This document shows positions 1 to 7,525 of a DNA stretch of 38,321 nucleotides, one piece after another; positions within the stretch are counted from its first letter, which is position 1, and each line of letters starts with the position of its first letter. Source of the stretch: Methanomicrobiales archaeon (GTDB lineage Archaea > Halobacteriota > Methanomicrobia > Methanomicrobiales > JACTUA01). The notes beneath the pieces were generated by a model, which ran no database searches, was not told where the DNA came from, and was given only the letters and a program-made list of their open reading frames with translations. The position numbers and the translations under genes are program-made. Where the stretch lies: contig JAJRDA010000001.1 of assembly GCA_028678665.1 (NCBI GenBank), positions 1 through 38,321 of the forward strand, in the 5' to 3' direction.

Positions 1-1
1 C

Positions 2-1894
2 ACGAGCACGGACACGGACCGGAAGACGGCCAGGAGGGGCGACATGGTCAACGTGAGCATCCGGCTGATCGCAGGGGAAGCATCGCCCATGGACGGCATG
101 ATCCTGCTTGACCGGAGCGGCGACTCCATGTACAGCTGCATGAAATCTGTCGACGGTTCCTGCCAGTACAACCGCTGGGACCTGGCCAAGGAGGGGGCGC
201 TCGCCCTGGTGGGTAATGCGTCGGCGAACAGTGGGATGGGCGTCTCCTGGTTCGCGACCCGGGGGGGTATCGAGCACACCCTGGACAACAGCCCGGTCCA
301 GGTGGCCAATGATATCATGGCCCTGGATTACGTCCCGTACGGGTACACACCGGATCCGTATACCGGCCCGGGCACGGGTGGCATTGCCGGCATGTCCAAC
401 CTGCGGGATGGCCTGTACAAGACCATCGATTACCTGGAGGGAGTTCCGCATGAGAACCTCAGGACAAAGGCGGTGATCGTCTTCACCGACGGGCTGTACA
501 ACTGGTACGGCAACCCCATCGCCAACGGGCGGGGTACTGCCCTGAAGAGCAAGGCCGCCTATGTCACGTGCTTCAGCGGGATCTGCACAGGTGCGGGTTT
601 GAATCCCTACAATCCGGCGCTTGTGAACACCTATGTCGAAGATGCCATGTGGTGGGAGGGCTCCGATTGCCAGGACGGATCCTGCTACATCCCCACCCAG
701 GATTACACGTTCTACAACGAGGTCCAGGAGAACCACCCGAACGGAGGGTGGCTGAACTTCACGGGCCTGAAGTGGAACGGCATGGACCACGCGGGCGACC
801 CGGCCCACATCGCCTACCCGACCTACACCGGGAATGGGGAGAGCTATTACGGATTCTGGCCTGCCAGGTACGGCTGTACCGGCTGTGCCCAGTGCGGCTA
901 CATCCACTGCGATGAGAATATCAACCCCGCCCAGTACCAGCTGGACGTCTGTGCCCCCGAATGGCCGTATATCGATGCCAGTGGAGTATCCCACGGGGAC
1001 TGCGAGCAGACCAAGCAGAACATGACCATCTTTGCCCGGGACTCCAGTATCCGCCTCTATACGGTGGTCCTCCGGACCGATGCGGATCCCGACCTGTCAA
1101 TGCCCACGAGCTATGCCAACGCCGACGACATGATGAAGATCCTGGCCTACAAGACCGGCGGCAAGTACTACCCGGTACACGACAGGGCGGACCTGTACGC
1201 GGCCATTGACGACATCACCCGCGATCTCTCCTCTGCGGCAACGCAGGACCTCACCATGGAGATCGAGGACACCTCGGTGGACCTGAACTCGCTCCTGACC
1301 GTGAATACCAACAACGAGGTCTTCACCCACCACCACTTTGACGGTATCTCAACCACCACCCAGTCATGGGACCAGAATGGAAATCCCATCCAGGGGATTA
1401 CCACCATTTCGGAGGCGCAGGACTGGCTCGCCACCCACCGGCTCAACTACTTCGTGGATGACCTCGATGTGGGTGACACCTTCCAGATGAACTACACCGT
1501 CCAGGTAAACGCCAGGGGCCGGATCAATGCGATCGGACCGGACTCGAAAGTGACCTTCAAGGACGGGTACGAGCTGTCCCTGCCCCCCACGTACATCGAC
1601 GTGGAGAACAACCCCCCGGTCTTTGACGAGGTGGGGGAGCAGACCGTGGACCGGGTGGAGACCCTGACCTTCACCGTCTCAGCCACGGATGCGGATAATG
1701 ATCCCCTGACCTATGGATACGTCAGCCTCCCGCTGGGTGCTGCCTTTGATATCGACACCCTGACATTCGAATGGACACCCGAGGACAAGGGCTTCTACGA
1801 GGCCACCTTCTCGGTGACCGACGGGATGGCCACCGTCACCCAGACCGTTCCCATCACCGTGACGGACCTCAGGCCCAAGATCATCCTCCGGTGA
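2..1894 (+). CDS. Secreted vWA-domain protein, 5'-truncated by the window edge; paralogue of 2166..5555; C-terminal cadherin-like (He_PIG/dystroglycan-type) Ig domain
   Basis: The frame is open from nt 2, with no stop before the listed ATG at 44. The blocks LLDRSGDSM (MIDAS-like), VIVFTDGLYNWYG, IRLYTVVL and TGGKYYPVHDRADLYAAIDDI align one-to-one with the vWA core of the next gene. NNPPVFDEVGEQTV...FTVSATDADNDPLTY...FEWTPEDKGFYEATFSVTDG is a cadherin-like repeat. The protein ends PKIILR-TGA. Confidence 0.8.
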   Translation, partial: TSTDTDRKTARRGDMVNVSIRLIAGEASPMDGMILLDRSGDSMYSCMKSVDGSCQYNRWDLAKEGALALVGNASANSGMGVSWFATRGGIEHTLDNSPVQVANDIMALDYVPYGYTPDPYTGPGTGGIAGMSNLRDGLYKTIDYLEGVPHENLRTKAVIVFTDGLYNWYGNPIANGRGTALKSKAAYVTCFSGICTGAGLNPYNPALVNTYVEDAMWWEGSDCQDGSCYIPTQDYTFYNEVQENHPNGGWLNFTGLKWNGMDHAGDPAHIAYPTYTGNGESYYGFWPARYGCTGCAQCGYIHCDENINPAQYQLDVCAPEWPYIDASGVSHGDCEQTKQNMTIFARDSSIRLYTVVLRTDADPDLSMPTSYANADDMMKILAYKTGGKYYPVHDRADLYAAIDDITRDLSSAATQDLTMEIEDTSVDLNSLLTVNTNNEVFTHHHFDGISTTTQSWDQNGNPIQGITTISEAQDWLATHRLNYFVDDLDVGDTFQMNYTVQVNARGRINAIGPDSKVTFKDGYELSLPPTYIDVENNPPVFDEVGEQTVDRVETLTFTVSATDADNDPLTYGYVSLPLGAAFDIDTLTFEWTPEDKGFYEATFSVTDGMATVTQTVPITVTDLRPKIILR

Positions 1895-1905
1895 TCCCAC
1901 GGCTA

Positions 1906-1945
1906 TTCCCCGGGGAGATGGGTTCTCCTGTCCTCCCCCGGGGAA
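1906..1945 (+). other. GC-rich inverted repeat (hairpin) just downstream of the first vWA gene
   Basis: TTCCCCGGGGAG (1906-1917) and CTCCCCCGGGGAA (1933-1945) are near-perfect reverse complements with a 15-nt spacer, starting 12 nt after the TGA. No strong oligo-T follows. Confidence 0.35.
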
Positions 1946-2029
1946 ATCAGCTGGTTCTGTTTGACCCGGCGGCGTTCCGGGGATGAAGAGGCAGGAACCA
2001 ACCACCTTCCAGAAACGTCCCTTTCAGAG

Positions 2030-2165
2030 AAATAAACGTTTTACATGGCCATTATTCCAAAAAGGGAGATAAATAGAAATTATTTAAATATATATGCAAT
2101 ATTCTTGACACACACGATTTGCCAATATTTATATACAATGGGCATCTAATAACTCCCAAACGAGT
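2030..2165 (+). promoter_or_regulatory. Very AT-rich promoter island with several TATA-like boxes upstream of the second vWA gene
   Basis: The stretch aaataaacgttttacatggccattattccaaaaagggagataaatagaaattatttaaatatatatgcaatattcttgac...aatatttatatacaatggg is far more AT-rich than the flanks. The archaeal TATA-like words TTTAAATATATA and TATTTATATA lie about 30-90 nt upstream of the start. Confidence 0.5.
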
Positions 2166-5100
2166 GTGGTCGAGATGATACTCTCACGCCTGTGCTGTAT
2201 CCTGGCAGCCCTGGTACTGCTCACCAGTGCCGGAACAGCGCTTCAACTGGACATCGCGGGCGAGAAGGAGTGGCTGGTGGCCGGCGGAGACACCGCCGGG
2301 CTCAGCCTGGTGATCAGCGGAGGGAGCAGCCCCTTCACCATCACCGCGACAGTCCCCCCTGATGGCCTGTGCACAGTGACCCCCGCCTCATTCACCACCT
2401 CCTCCATTCGACCCGACCCGATGCAGGTCAAGAGCAAGGAGAAGAGTGGCGTCTGCCTGATTGACATCAAGGTAACCGATGCGGGTGGTAATTCCGTCAC
2501 CCAGCAGTTCTCGCAGAAGATCGACCACACCACACCGGGGTATGCGGGCGGAATCGCACCCCAGGGAGCCACCGTAGGCACCGTTGTTCCGGTGAAGGTA
2601 TGGCTCCAGGACCGGTACCATAACATCGTGGATAACCGGAATATCGTCGAGACGGTGGGTTTCACCACCTATGGCAGTTCCGGTTTTGTGGACGGCCCCT
2701 CCACAAATCCAGACCTCATGGTGCAGACGACCACAGCACCGGTGAATATGGATGGAGTTGTGGAAATCCAGTACTATGTGGGAGAATATGTCTCCAAAAA
2801 CTATATCACCTTCACACCTCCCGCCCCTCTGGTGCCCGGTATCCTGATCCTCGATGGGATCCCGAATGGGGTGCCAGCCTCTATAGTCACCTATATTGTC
2901 CCCGATGCCGCCACACCCCCCTGGGTGTATGCGGATGGGAGCAGCAAATTCACCATCACCTACTCGGTCTCTGACACCAACGGATTTCCTGTCCAGGCGG
3001 CCGGGATCACGGGTTTCACCAGCGAGGGGAAGTCCTTCTCGCTTGTGACGAATGAGAACGGCCAGGCCAGCTACTACTACGGTCCCTTCTCCATGGCAGG
3101 GCAGCACACCATCACCGCTTCGCTGGATGCGAACTCCGCCGTGCGGGTGGTCGACCGGGTGGAGATCATCTCCATGGCGCCGGAACACCTGCTGGCCACG
3201 GGAAATCCCATCTCCATGCCCAGCCTTGATGTCAGCCCCGGCAGCACCTCCACCATCACAGGCAGGGTCAGTGACCCCAAGGGGAACCCGGTCTCCGGCC
3301 AGACGGTGACCTTCGAGATCACATCCGTTACCGCATCCACGAAAATGAAGAAGGATCCCTACCTCACCAGCCAGGGGAAGATCTACGCCGAGAAGAAGTC
3401 GGTGACCCTGGTCACAAACAACGACGGGATTGCCACCCTGCAGTTCATTCCGGGCGAGTTTGCGAAATCCAGGACGGATCCGGACTTTGACCCCTCGGCT
3501 GAAGGCACGGCCACCATCACGGCCACCTGGGGGTCCAAGACCGAGCCGATCACGCTCACCTTCAAGCGGACAGCCTACCTCTCCCTGGAGACCAAGGTCG
3601 AGCCCCTCCAGGTGCCGGTGGGAGGGACCTTTGATGTCACGGTGAACGTGACGGGGGACGGGTCGATGATGACCAGTTACCCCATCGAAGTGATGCTCGT
3701 CACCGACCGTTCCGGTTCCATGGAAATGAGCATGGGTGGACAGACCCGGTTCTACTGGGTGAAGCAGGCGTCGCATGCCTTCCTGGATGCCCTGAACCCG
3801 GGGAAGGACAGGGTGGGGCTCGTCTCCTACCACACCTGGGCCACCAAGGATCACGACCTCACCTCGGACTTCACCAGCCTGGGGACCACCATTGACACGC
3901 TGACGATACCCCGTGCCAACGACTGGATTCCCAACAAGGGCCCGGTGCGGCTCACGAACATGCGGGACGGGATCTTCAATGCCACCACCTACCTGAAGAT
4001 CTATGGCAGCAAGAGTGACAAGGTCAACAAGGCCATCGTGGTCCTCACTGATGGCGTCTGGAACTGGGGTGGCACCCCCCTGGCCAAAGGGAGGGGCTAT
4101 GCCGAGAAAACCCGCACGGTCGTCTGGGAAGACACCTACTTCGGGGCCAACTGCGCGTCAGGGTCGGCATGCCTCCAGAAGTATCGCACAGACAGTTTCT
4201 ACTGGCCGGGCGCCGTGTCCTTCTCCATGTACACCTACTACAACCAGGAGCTGTACAAGGATCCACAGGGCAACCCCGTCATGACGGATCCCGGCCCGCT
4301 GGCCTACAGCGGGGCAGGGCTTGGCCCGGCACACCGGTTCGACGGGCGGGATGGGAGCAACGGCTACCTCTGTCATCCCATCGTCCCCCTGAATAAGGAC
4401 CCGGGAGGACCGGCGTGGGACCCCAATATGTGCGTCAAGAATACCGGCATGTGCAACAGCGACATCGGATGCTATAGCAACGATAAATACCGGGTGGACG
4501 TCTGTGATAAAACCTATACCGGCACGGATTGCTCATCTTCCGAGCAGAACATGGCTGTCTTTGCCAAGAACAACCACATCCGGATCTATACCATCACCTA
4601 TGCAGAGAACTATGACCAGAATACCTTTGATGCGCCCTACAAGGACGTCGCGGCAGCCCTGACGGAACTCTCCGAGTCCACCGGTGGCAAGTACTACCAT
4701 GCGGCCACCGGAGCTGATCTGGAGAAGGTGTATGAGGACATCGCCGCCGACCTGATCACCTCCGCCGGCGTGGATACCGACGTCATGGCTGAATATGATA
4801 CCAAGTTCGCCAACCTCCTGCCAGGAGGATCGAAAGATAAAAAGGGATCAGAGGTCTTCGAGTACGTCGCCTCGGGGCCCGTTCCCGCTATCTCGACCGT
4901 GACCTGGAAGTGGGACAAGGCCAAGAAGCTGATCGAGGGTCCCACCTGGAAGAGCCAGCAACCCGAATGGAACATGAACCACCAGCTCTCGTACGACATC
5001 GGGTCCATCGAGATCGGGCAGAAGTGGTCGATGAAATACCGGATGCAGGCGAAGCAGGCAGGCACCTACGATGTCTTCGGGAGCGGATCCCTGCTCCAGT

Positions 5101-5555
5101 GGACGGACTGGGACGGTGTCGCCCAGTCGCTCGGCTTCCCGGAGACCCCGGTCACCGTGCTCGAACCCGGGACCCTGCCGATCGATGTCCGGCTCATCCT
5201 CTCGAACCTGCACACCGTGAACTCCGCGGGGGAGGTCACCGATCTGATCAAGGAGAACGAGCCCTTCACGTTCGTCTGGTCGCTGTACTTCACCAATACC
5301 GATCCCAACGGGAAGGCCAACCTGAAGATCCAGGTCACCAAAGATGATAACGGCTATGACGTGTCGGAGAACCTCGCCGATGCCAGGCAGCCCAAGAATG
5401 AATGGCAGGAGATCTCAAAGCCCTGGGATGGGCTCCCTATCGGCACATATACCGTGACCGTGTACGCACAGGGTGATGGCAACAACGCGGAACCGTTGCC
5501 TTTCACCTTCCACGTGGTGGCTGATCCCAAGGGCCCGAAGATCATCCTCCGCTGA
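2166..5555 (+). CDS. Large secreted cell-surface protein: signal peptide, Big_1-like Ig repeats, vWA domain with Cys-rich insertion, C-terminal beta-rich domains
   Basis: The N-terminus MVEMILSRLCCILAALVLLTSAGTA looks like a Sec signal; an alternative ATG lies at 2175. Invasin/Big_1-like repeats include YADGSSKFTITYSVSDTNGFPV, GRVSDPKGNPVSGQTVTFEI and NNDGIATLQFIPGE...GTATITATWGS. vWA motifs are VMLVTDRSGSM (DxSxS), VGLVSYHT, LTNMRDGI, IVVLTDGVWNWGG, IRIYTITYAE and TGGKYYHAATGADLEKVYEDIAADL. The protein ends PKIILR-TGA. Confidence 0.85.
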   Translation: MVEMILSRLCCILAALVLLTSAGTALQLDIAGEKEWLVAGGDTAGLSLVISGGSSPFTITATVPPDGLCTVTPASFTTSSIRPDPMQVKSKEKSGVCLIDIKVTDAGGNSVTQQFSQKIDHTTPGYAGGIAPQGATVGTVVPVKVWLQDRYHNIVDNRNIVETVGFTTYGSSGFVDGPSTNPDLMVQTTTAPVNMDGVVEIQYYVGEYVSKNYITFTPPAPLVPGILILDGIPNGVPASIVTYIVPDAATPPWVYADGSSKFTITYSVSDTNGFPVQAAGITGFTSEGKSFSLVTNENGQASYYYGPFSMAGQHTITASLDANSAVRVVDRVEIISMAPEHLLATGNPISMPSLDVSPGSTSTITGRVSDPKGNPVSGQTVTFEITSVTASTKMKKDPYLTSQGKIYAEKKSVTLVTNNDGIATLQFIPGEFAKSRTDPDFDPSAEGTATITATWGSKTEPITLTFKRTAYLSLETKVEPLQVPVGGTFDVTVNVTGDGSMMTSYPIEVMLVTDRSGSMEMSMGGQTRFYWVKQASHAFLDALNPGKDRVGLVSYHTWATKDHDLTSDFTSLGTTIDTLTIPRANDWIPNKGPVRLTNMRDGIFNATTYLKIYGSKSDKVNKAIVVLTDGVWNWGGTPLAKGRGYAEKTRTVVWEDTYFGANCASGSACLQKYRTDSFYWPGAVSFSMYTYYNQELYKDPQGNPVMTDPGPLAYSGAGLGPAHRFDGRDGSNGYLCHPIVPLNKDPGGPAWDPNMCVKNTGMCNSDIGCYSNDKYRVDVCDKTYTGTDCSSSEQNMAVFAKNNHIRIYTITYAENYDQNTFDAPYKDVAAALTELSESTGGKYYHAATGADLEKVYEDIAADLITSAGVDTDVMAEYDTKFANLLPGGSKDKKGSEVFEYVASGPVPAISTVTWKWDKAKKLIEGPTWKSQQPEWNMNHQLSYDIGSIEIGQKWSMKYRMQAKQAGTYDVFGSGSLLQWTDWDGVAQSLGFPETPVTVLEPGTLPIDVRLILSNLHTVNSAGEVTDLIKENEPFTFVWSLYFTNTDPNGKANLKIQVTKDDNGYDVSENLADARQPKNEWQEISKPWDGLPIGTYTVTVYAQGDGNNAEPLPFTFHVVADPKGPKIILR

Positions 5556-5582
5556 TCCTTTTTTTCCCTTTTCTCCCTTTCC
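5556..5582 (+). terminator. Oligo-T archaeal terminator after the vWA gene
   Basis: TCCTTTTTTTCCCTTTTCTCCCTTTCC follows the TGA immediately, with a T7 run at 5559-5565. Confidence 0.5.
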
Positions 5583-5605
5583 GACACCGCCCCGCCCTGA
5601 ACCCT

Positions 5606-6259
5606 TCACTCCAGCAGTACCAGCCCCACCGTGTGGATATCCCCGTGGAGGATCTTCCCATACTCCAGGTCCTTGCACGGGATGGTGGAGAGGTCCCAGC
5701 CCACCTTCTTCGCCGTGGCAAAGACATCCATCCCCACCGCCTCCATGGAGGGGCGGACCAGGTCCTTGTGCCGGCAGAGGCGCCGCACGGACTCGTCCAC
5801 GATCCCCTCCATCTCCTCGGCCACGCAGTGCTCGTGCTCGCAGAAGATGCAGGGATAGGCCCCGAACCCGAAGGCCTTGTAGAACCCGTCATAGAAGGCC
5901 GTCTTCTCCAGCAGGTGGGTGGTCGTGTGGCTCCAGAGGATCAGGTCCCGGTAGAACGGGTGGAAATCCACGGGGATCTCCTCGGGTTTCAGGTCCGGGT
6001 GGCCCGGGATACCGTCAAAGCGGAGCAGGATCCCGGTCCCGTACTCCGCCACCATCCTCCGGGTCTCCGAAGGGGTGGGGGTATAGGGCGGGCACGAGAG
6101 GTGTTTGCCATAGCCCTTGCACCCGAACCGGCACTTGAACCGGACCCATTCCGCGACCACGATCTCTCCTGCCGGGATCCGGGCTGCCACCACACCCTTC
6201 CCTGCGGCGAGCCGTGCCAGTTTCCCGATCTCCTCATCCAGTGCGGGTCTCTTCGCCAT
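5606..6259 (-). CDS. DUF2284-family predicted metal-binding protein
   Basis: FKCRFGCKGYGKHLSCPPYTP plus the later CIFCEHEHC and CRH cysteine clusters match my recollection of the DUF2284 signature. The ORF is compact with an ATG start. Confidence 0.8.
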   Translation of the reverse strand: MAKRPALDEEIGKLARLAAGKGVVAARIPAGEIVVAEWVRFKCRFGCKGYGKHLSCPPYTPTPSETRRMVAEYGTGILLRFDGIPGHPDLKPEEIPVDFHPFYRDLILWSHTTTHLLEKTAFYDGFYKAFGFGAYPCIFCEHEHCVAEEMEGIVDESVRRLCRHKDLVRPSMEAVGMDVFATAKKVGWDLSTIPCKDLEYGKILHGDIHTVGLVLLE

Positions 6260-6360
6260 ACGGCCTCATGAAGGGATGGTGCACAGGCTAGAAAAGGGTT
6301 CCGGGCCCCGCCCGCACCTTCCAGAAGGATTCCAGGGGTTGCCCGGGTGAACCGGATTTC

Positions 6361-6786
6361 TCATTCCCGGGTGCGCATCTCCAGGATCCGCTCGACGATC
6401 TGCCGGGAGCTGCAGATAGGATCACCCCGGTACTCGCCGATCCTGACCACGCGAGCCCGGATCCCCCGCTCTGCCAGCGCCGCCACAAGCCGGGACTCCT
6501 CGAAATGCTGGTTGAACCCCAGCGTGATCACGGCAGGCCTGATCTCTTCGATGGGCCGGAACATGTCCACCGGGTCCCCCAGCCGTGCATGGTCCACGAT
6601 CCGCAGCGCCGAGACCACCCGCAGCCGCTGAGCCTCGGGGATCACGGGCGGCGGTTTATGACGGACATTGGCGTCCCGGGCCACGATGACATGGAGCTCG
6701 TCCCCCAGTTTCCGCGACTCCTCCAGGTAATAGATGTGTCCCGGGTGCAGGAGGTCAAAGGTGCCCGTGGCCACCACCCGCTTCAC
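6361..6786 (-). CDS. ribL: FAD synthase, archaeal RibL type (cytidylyltransferase fold)
   Basis: VVATGTFDLLHPGHIYYLEESRKLGDELHVIVARDANV carries the nucleotidyltransferase (H/T)xGH motif and is the RibL size. I place the start at GTG 6786, which forms a GTGA overlap with the upstream stop. The 20 codons upstream of it in the listed ORF look non-coding-like. Confidence 0.85.
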   Translation of the reverse strand: MKRVVATGTFDLLHPGHIYYLEESRKLGDELHVIVARDANVRHKPPPVIPEAQRLRVVSALRIVDHARLGDPVDMFRPIEEIRPAVITLGFNQHFEESRLVAALAERGIRARVVRIGEYRGDPICSSRQIVERILEMRTRE

Positions 6787-7160
6787 GGGACCACCTCCAG
6801 CGGGAAGGGATCCCCGTCTGCGGTGAAGCACCGCCAGCTCCTGCAATCGTAGGGCGGCCCCAGGATCAGGTGATACCTCCCGATGGAGGGGAAGAACCGG
6901 AGGTCGGCACTGGAGGGTTCCAGCACGCCGTTCGGGTGGGAGTGGACGGAGCCGGCGATGTGGGTATCCAGCGGCATCAGCTCGAAGTGGAGAGAGGCGG
7001 ATTCGGGGGTGCTCTCAAAGGGCAGAAAGGTGAACTCCCGGATCACCCCGTCCTCCTCGCGGAGGACAGCAACGAACTCCCTGCCATGGGAAGCGTCCAC
7101 CTCCTTCGCCGTCGCAAGGAGCCCCAGGAGCAGATCCTCCGCGATACCCCGGATCTTCAT
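6783..7160 (-). CDS. JAMM/MPN+ family metalloprotease (stand-alone)
   Basis: GSVHSHPNGVLEPSSADL matches HxHx7Sx2D exactly, and upstream Glu residues occur in VAVLREEDG. The start is taken at MKIRGIAEDLL (ATG 7160) rather than the longer listed ORF. Confidence 0.8.
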   Translation of the reverse strand: MKIRGIAEDLLLGLLATAKEVDASHGREFVAVLREEDGVIREFTFLPFESTPESASLHFELMPLDTHIAGSVHSHPNGVLEPSSADLRFFPSIGRYHLILGPPYDCRSWRCFTADGDPFPLEVVP

Positions 7161-7250
7161 CCCCCGGGTATTGGATTGGGAATGTGATGAAGGATTCCAT
7201 GGGGGCAGGCACCACGTCACCTTGATCGGTTCCCATCCACGTGTACGCAC

Positions 7251-7300
7251 AGGATGACGGGAGGGGGAGACCCCCTCCCGGCCCCTCCCCCAATGAGGAT
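7251..7300. repeat. GC-rich palindromic intergenic repeat, copy A
   Basis: AGGATGACGGGAGGGGGAGACCCCCTCCCGGCCCCTCCCCCAATGAGGAT has a core stem GGGAGGGGG/CCCCCTCCC with a 3-nt loop. It is related to the copies at 15422, 15596 and 25030. Confidence 0.65.
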
Positions 7301-7368
7301 AATCGATCCTTTGGGAAGTGTGACCGCGGGAATCTCATGTCCCCGGAAAACCGAGGGGGGATGCCCAC

Positions 7369-7422
7369 GCGGCGGGGGCGGAGCCCCCAAGAGCGTACCA
7401 GTAATAGTACTCGAATGGAAGA
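7369..7422. repeat. Direct repeat unit 1 (about 54 nt, 91-bp period)
   Basis: GCGGCGGGGGCGGAGCCCCCAAGAGCGTACCAGTAATAGTACTCGAATGGAAGA aligns with 7460-7512. Confidence 0.6.
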
Positions 7423-7459
7423 TACCGCCACGTTTCTACCATTCAACACCTCAGGTGCT

Positions 7460-7512
7460 GCGGTGGGGGCGGGATCCCCAGAAAAGCGTCCCAGTAATAA
7501 GCGAATGAAAAA
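7460..7512. repeat. Direct repeat unit 2
   Basis: GCGGTGGGGGCGGGATCCCCAGAAAAGCGTCCCAGTAATAAGCGAATGAAAAA matches unit 1 at most positions (not counted), allowing small indels. Confidence 0.6.
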
Positions 7513-7525
7513 GTAACCTTCAGCA

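Noticed and set aside
1866-1990. I considered stop-codon readthrough or a frameshift at the PKIILR-TGA ends that might add a hidden C-terminal membrane anchor.
   Set aside because: In-frame continuation gives SHGYSPGRWVLLSSPGEISWFCLTRRRSG... after gene 1. After gene 2 it gives only SFFSLFSLSDTAPP-stop. The alternative frames give (Q/E)DHPP(V/L)I, followed in gene 2 only by a short hydrophobic run (LILFFPFLPF). Neither paralogue yields a consistent 17-20-residue hydrophobic helix. No recoding signal is evident.
2388-3854. Very long antisense or alternative-frame ORFs are listed throughout the track. Examples are 2388..3854(-), 7566..8960(+), 12774..14402(+), 15474..17225(+), 16820..18571(+), 20144..21412(-), 26288..27616(+), 28070..29233(+), 29641..31131(+) and 33557..34249(+).
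   Set aside because: Their translations are Arg/Pro/Gly/His-rich low-complexity strings with no recognisable motifs. Each lies opposite, or out of frame with, a gene that has clear family signatures. Stop-codon depletion in high-GC DNA produces such ORFs by chance.
5536-5558. The conserved 3'-end DNA GATCATCCTCCGNTGATCC resembles the 16S rRNA 3' terminus or an SD-like GGTGATCC, and forms a small GATCA/TGATC hairpin.
   Set aside because: No downstream ORF would use an SD here in either copy. The similarity is short, and it is most simply explained by the conserved codons for KIILR plus the stop. It is noted under the tail finding only.
5473-6138. A 221-aa Pro/Arg/Ser-rich ORF starts inside the end of the vWA gene.
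   Set aside because: It is antisense to the well-supported DUF2284 gene, has extreme composition and has no start context. It is an artefact.
6316-6345. ORB-like fragments occur outside the origin region: CTTCCAGAAGGATTCCAGGGG at 6316-6345, and CTTCCAGAAAC near 2007.
   Set aside because: They lack the full TCCAGTGGAAA dyad and the G-string. They are single, isolated occurrences consistent with chance.
7176-7250. I looked for C/D-box sRNAs: a GTGATGA word at 7182-7188, and an ATGATATGA word near 31452 with a CTGA near 31606.
   Set aside because: No D box (CTGA) lies at the expected 50-70 nt distance. There is no terminal stem and no C'/D' pair. The second pair is about 155 nt apart.
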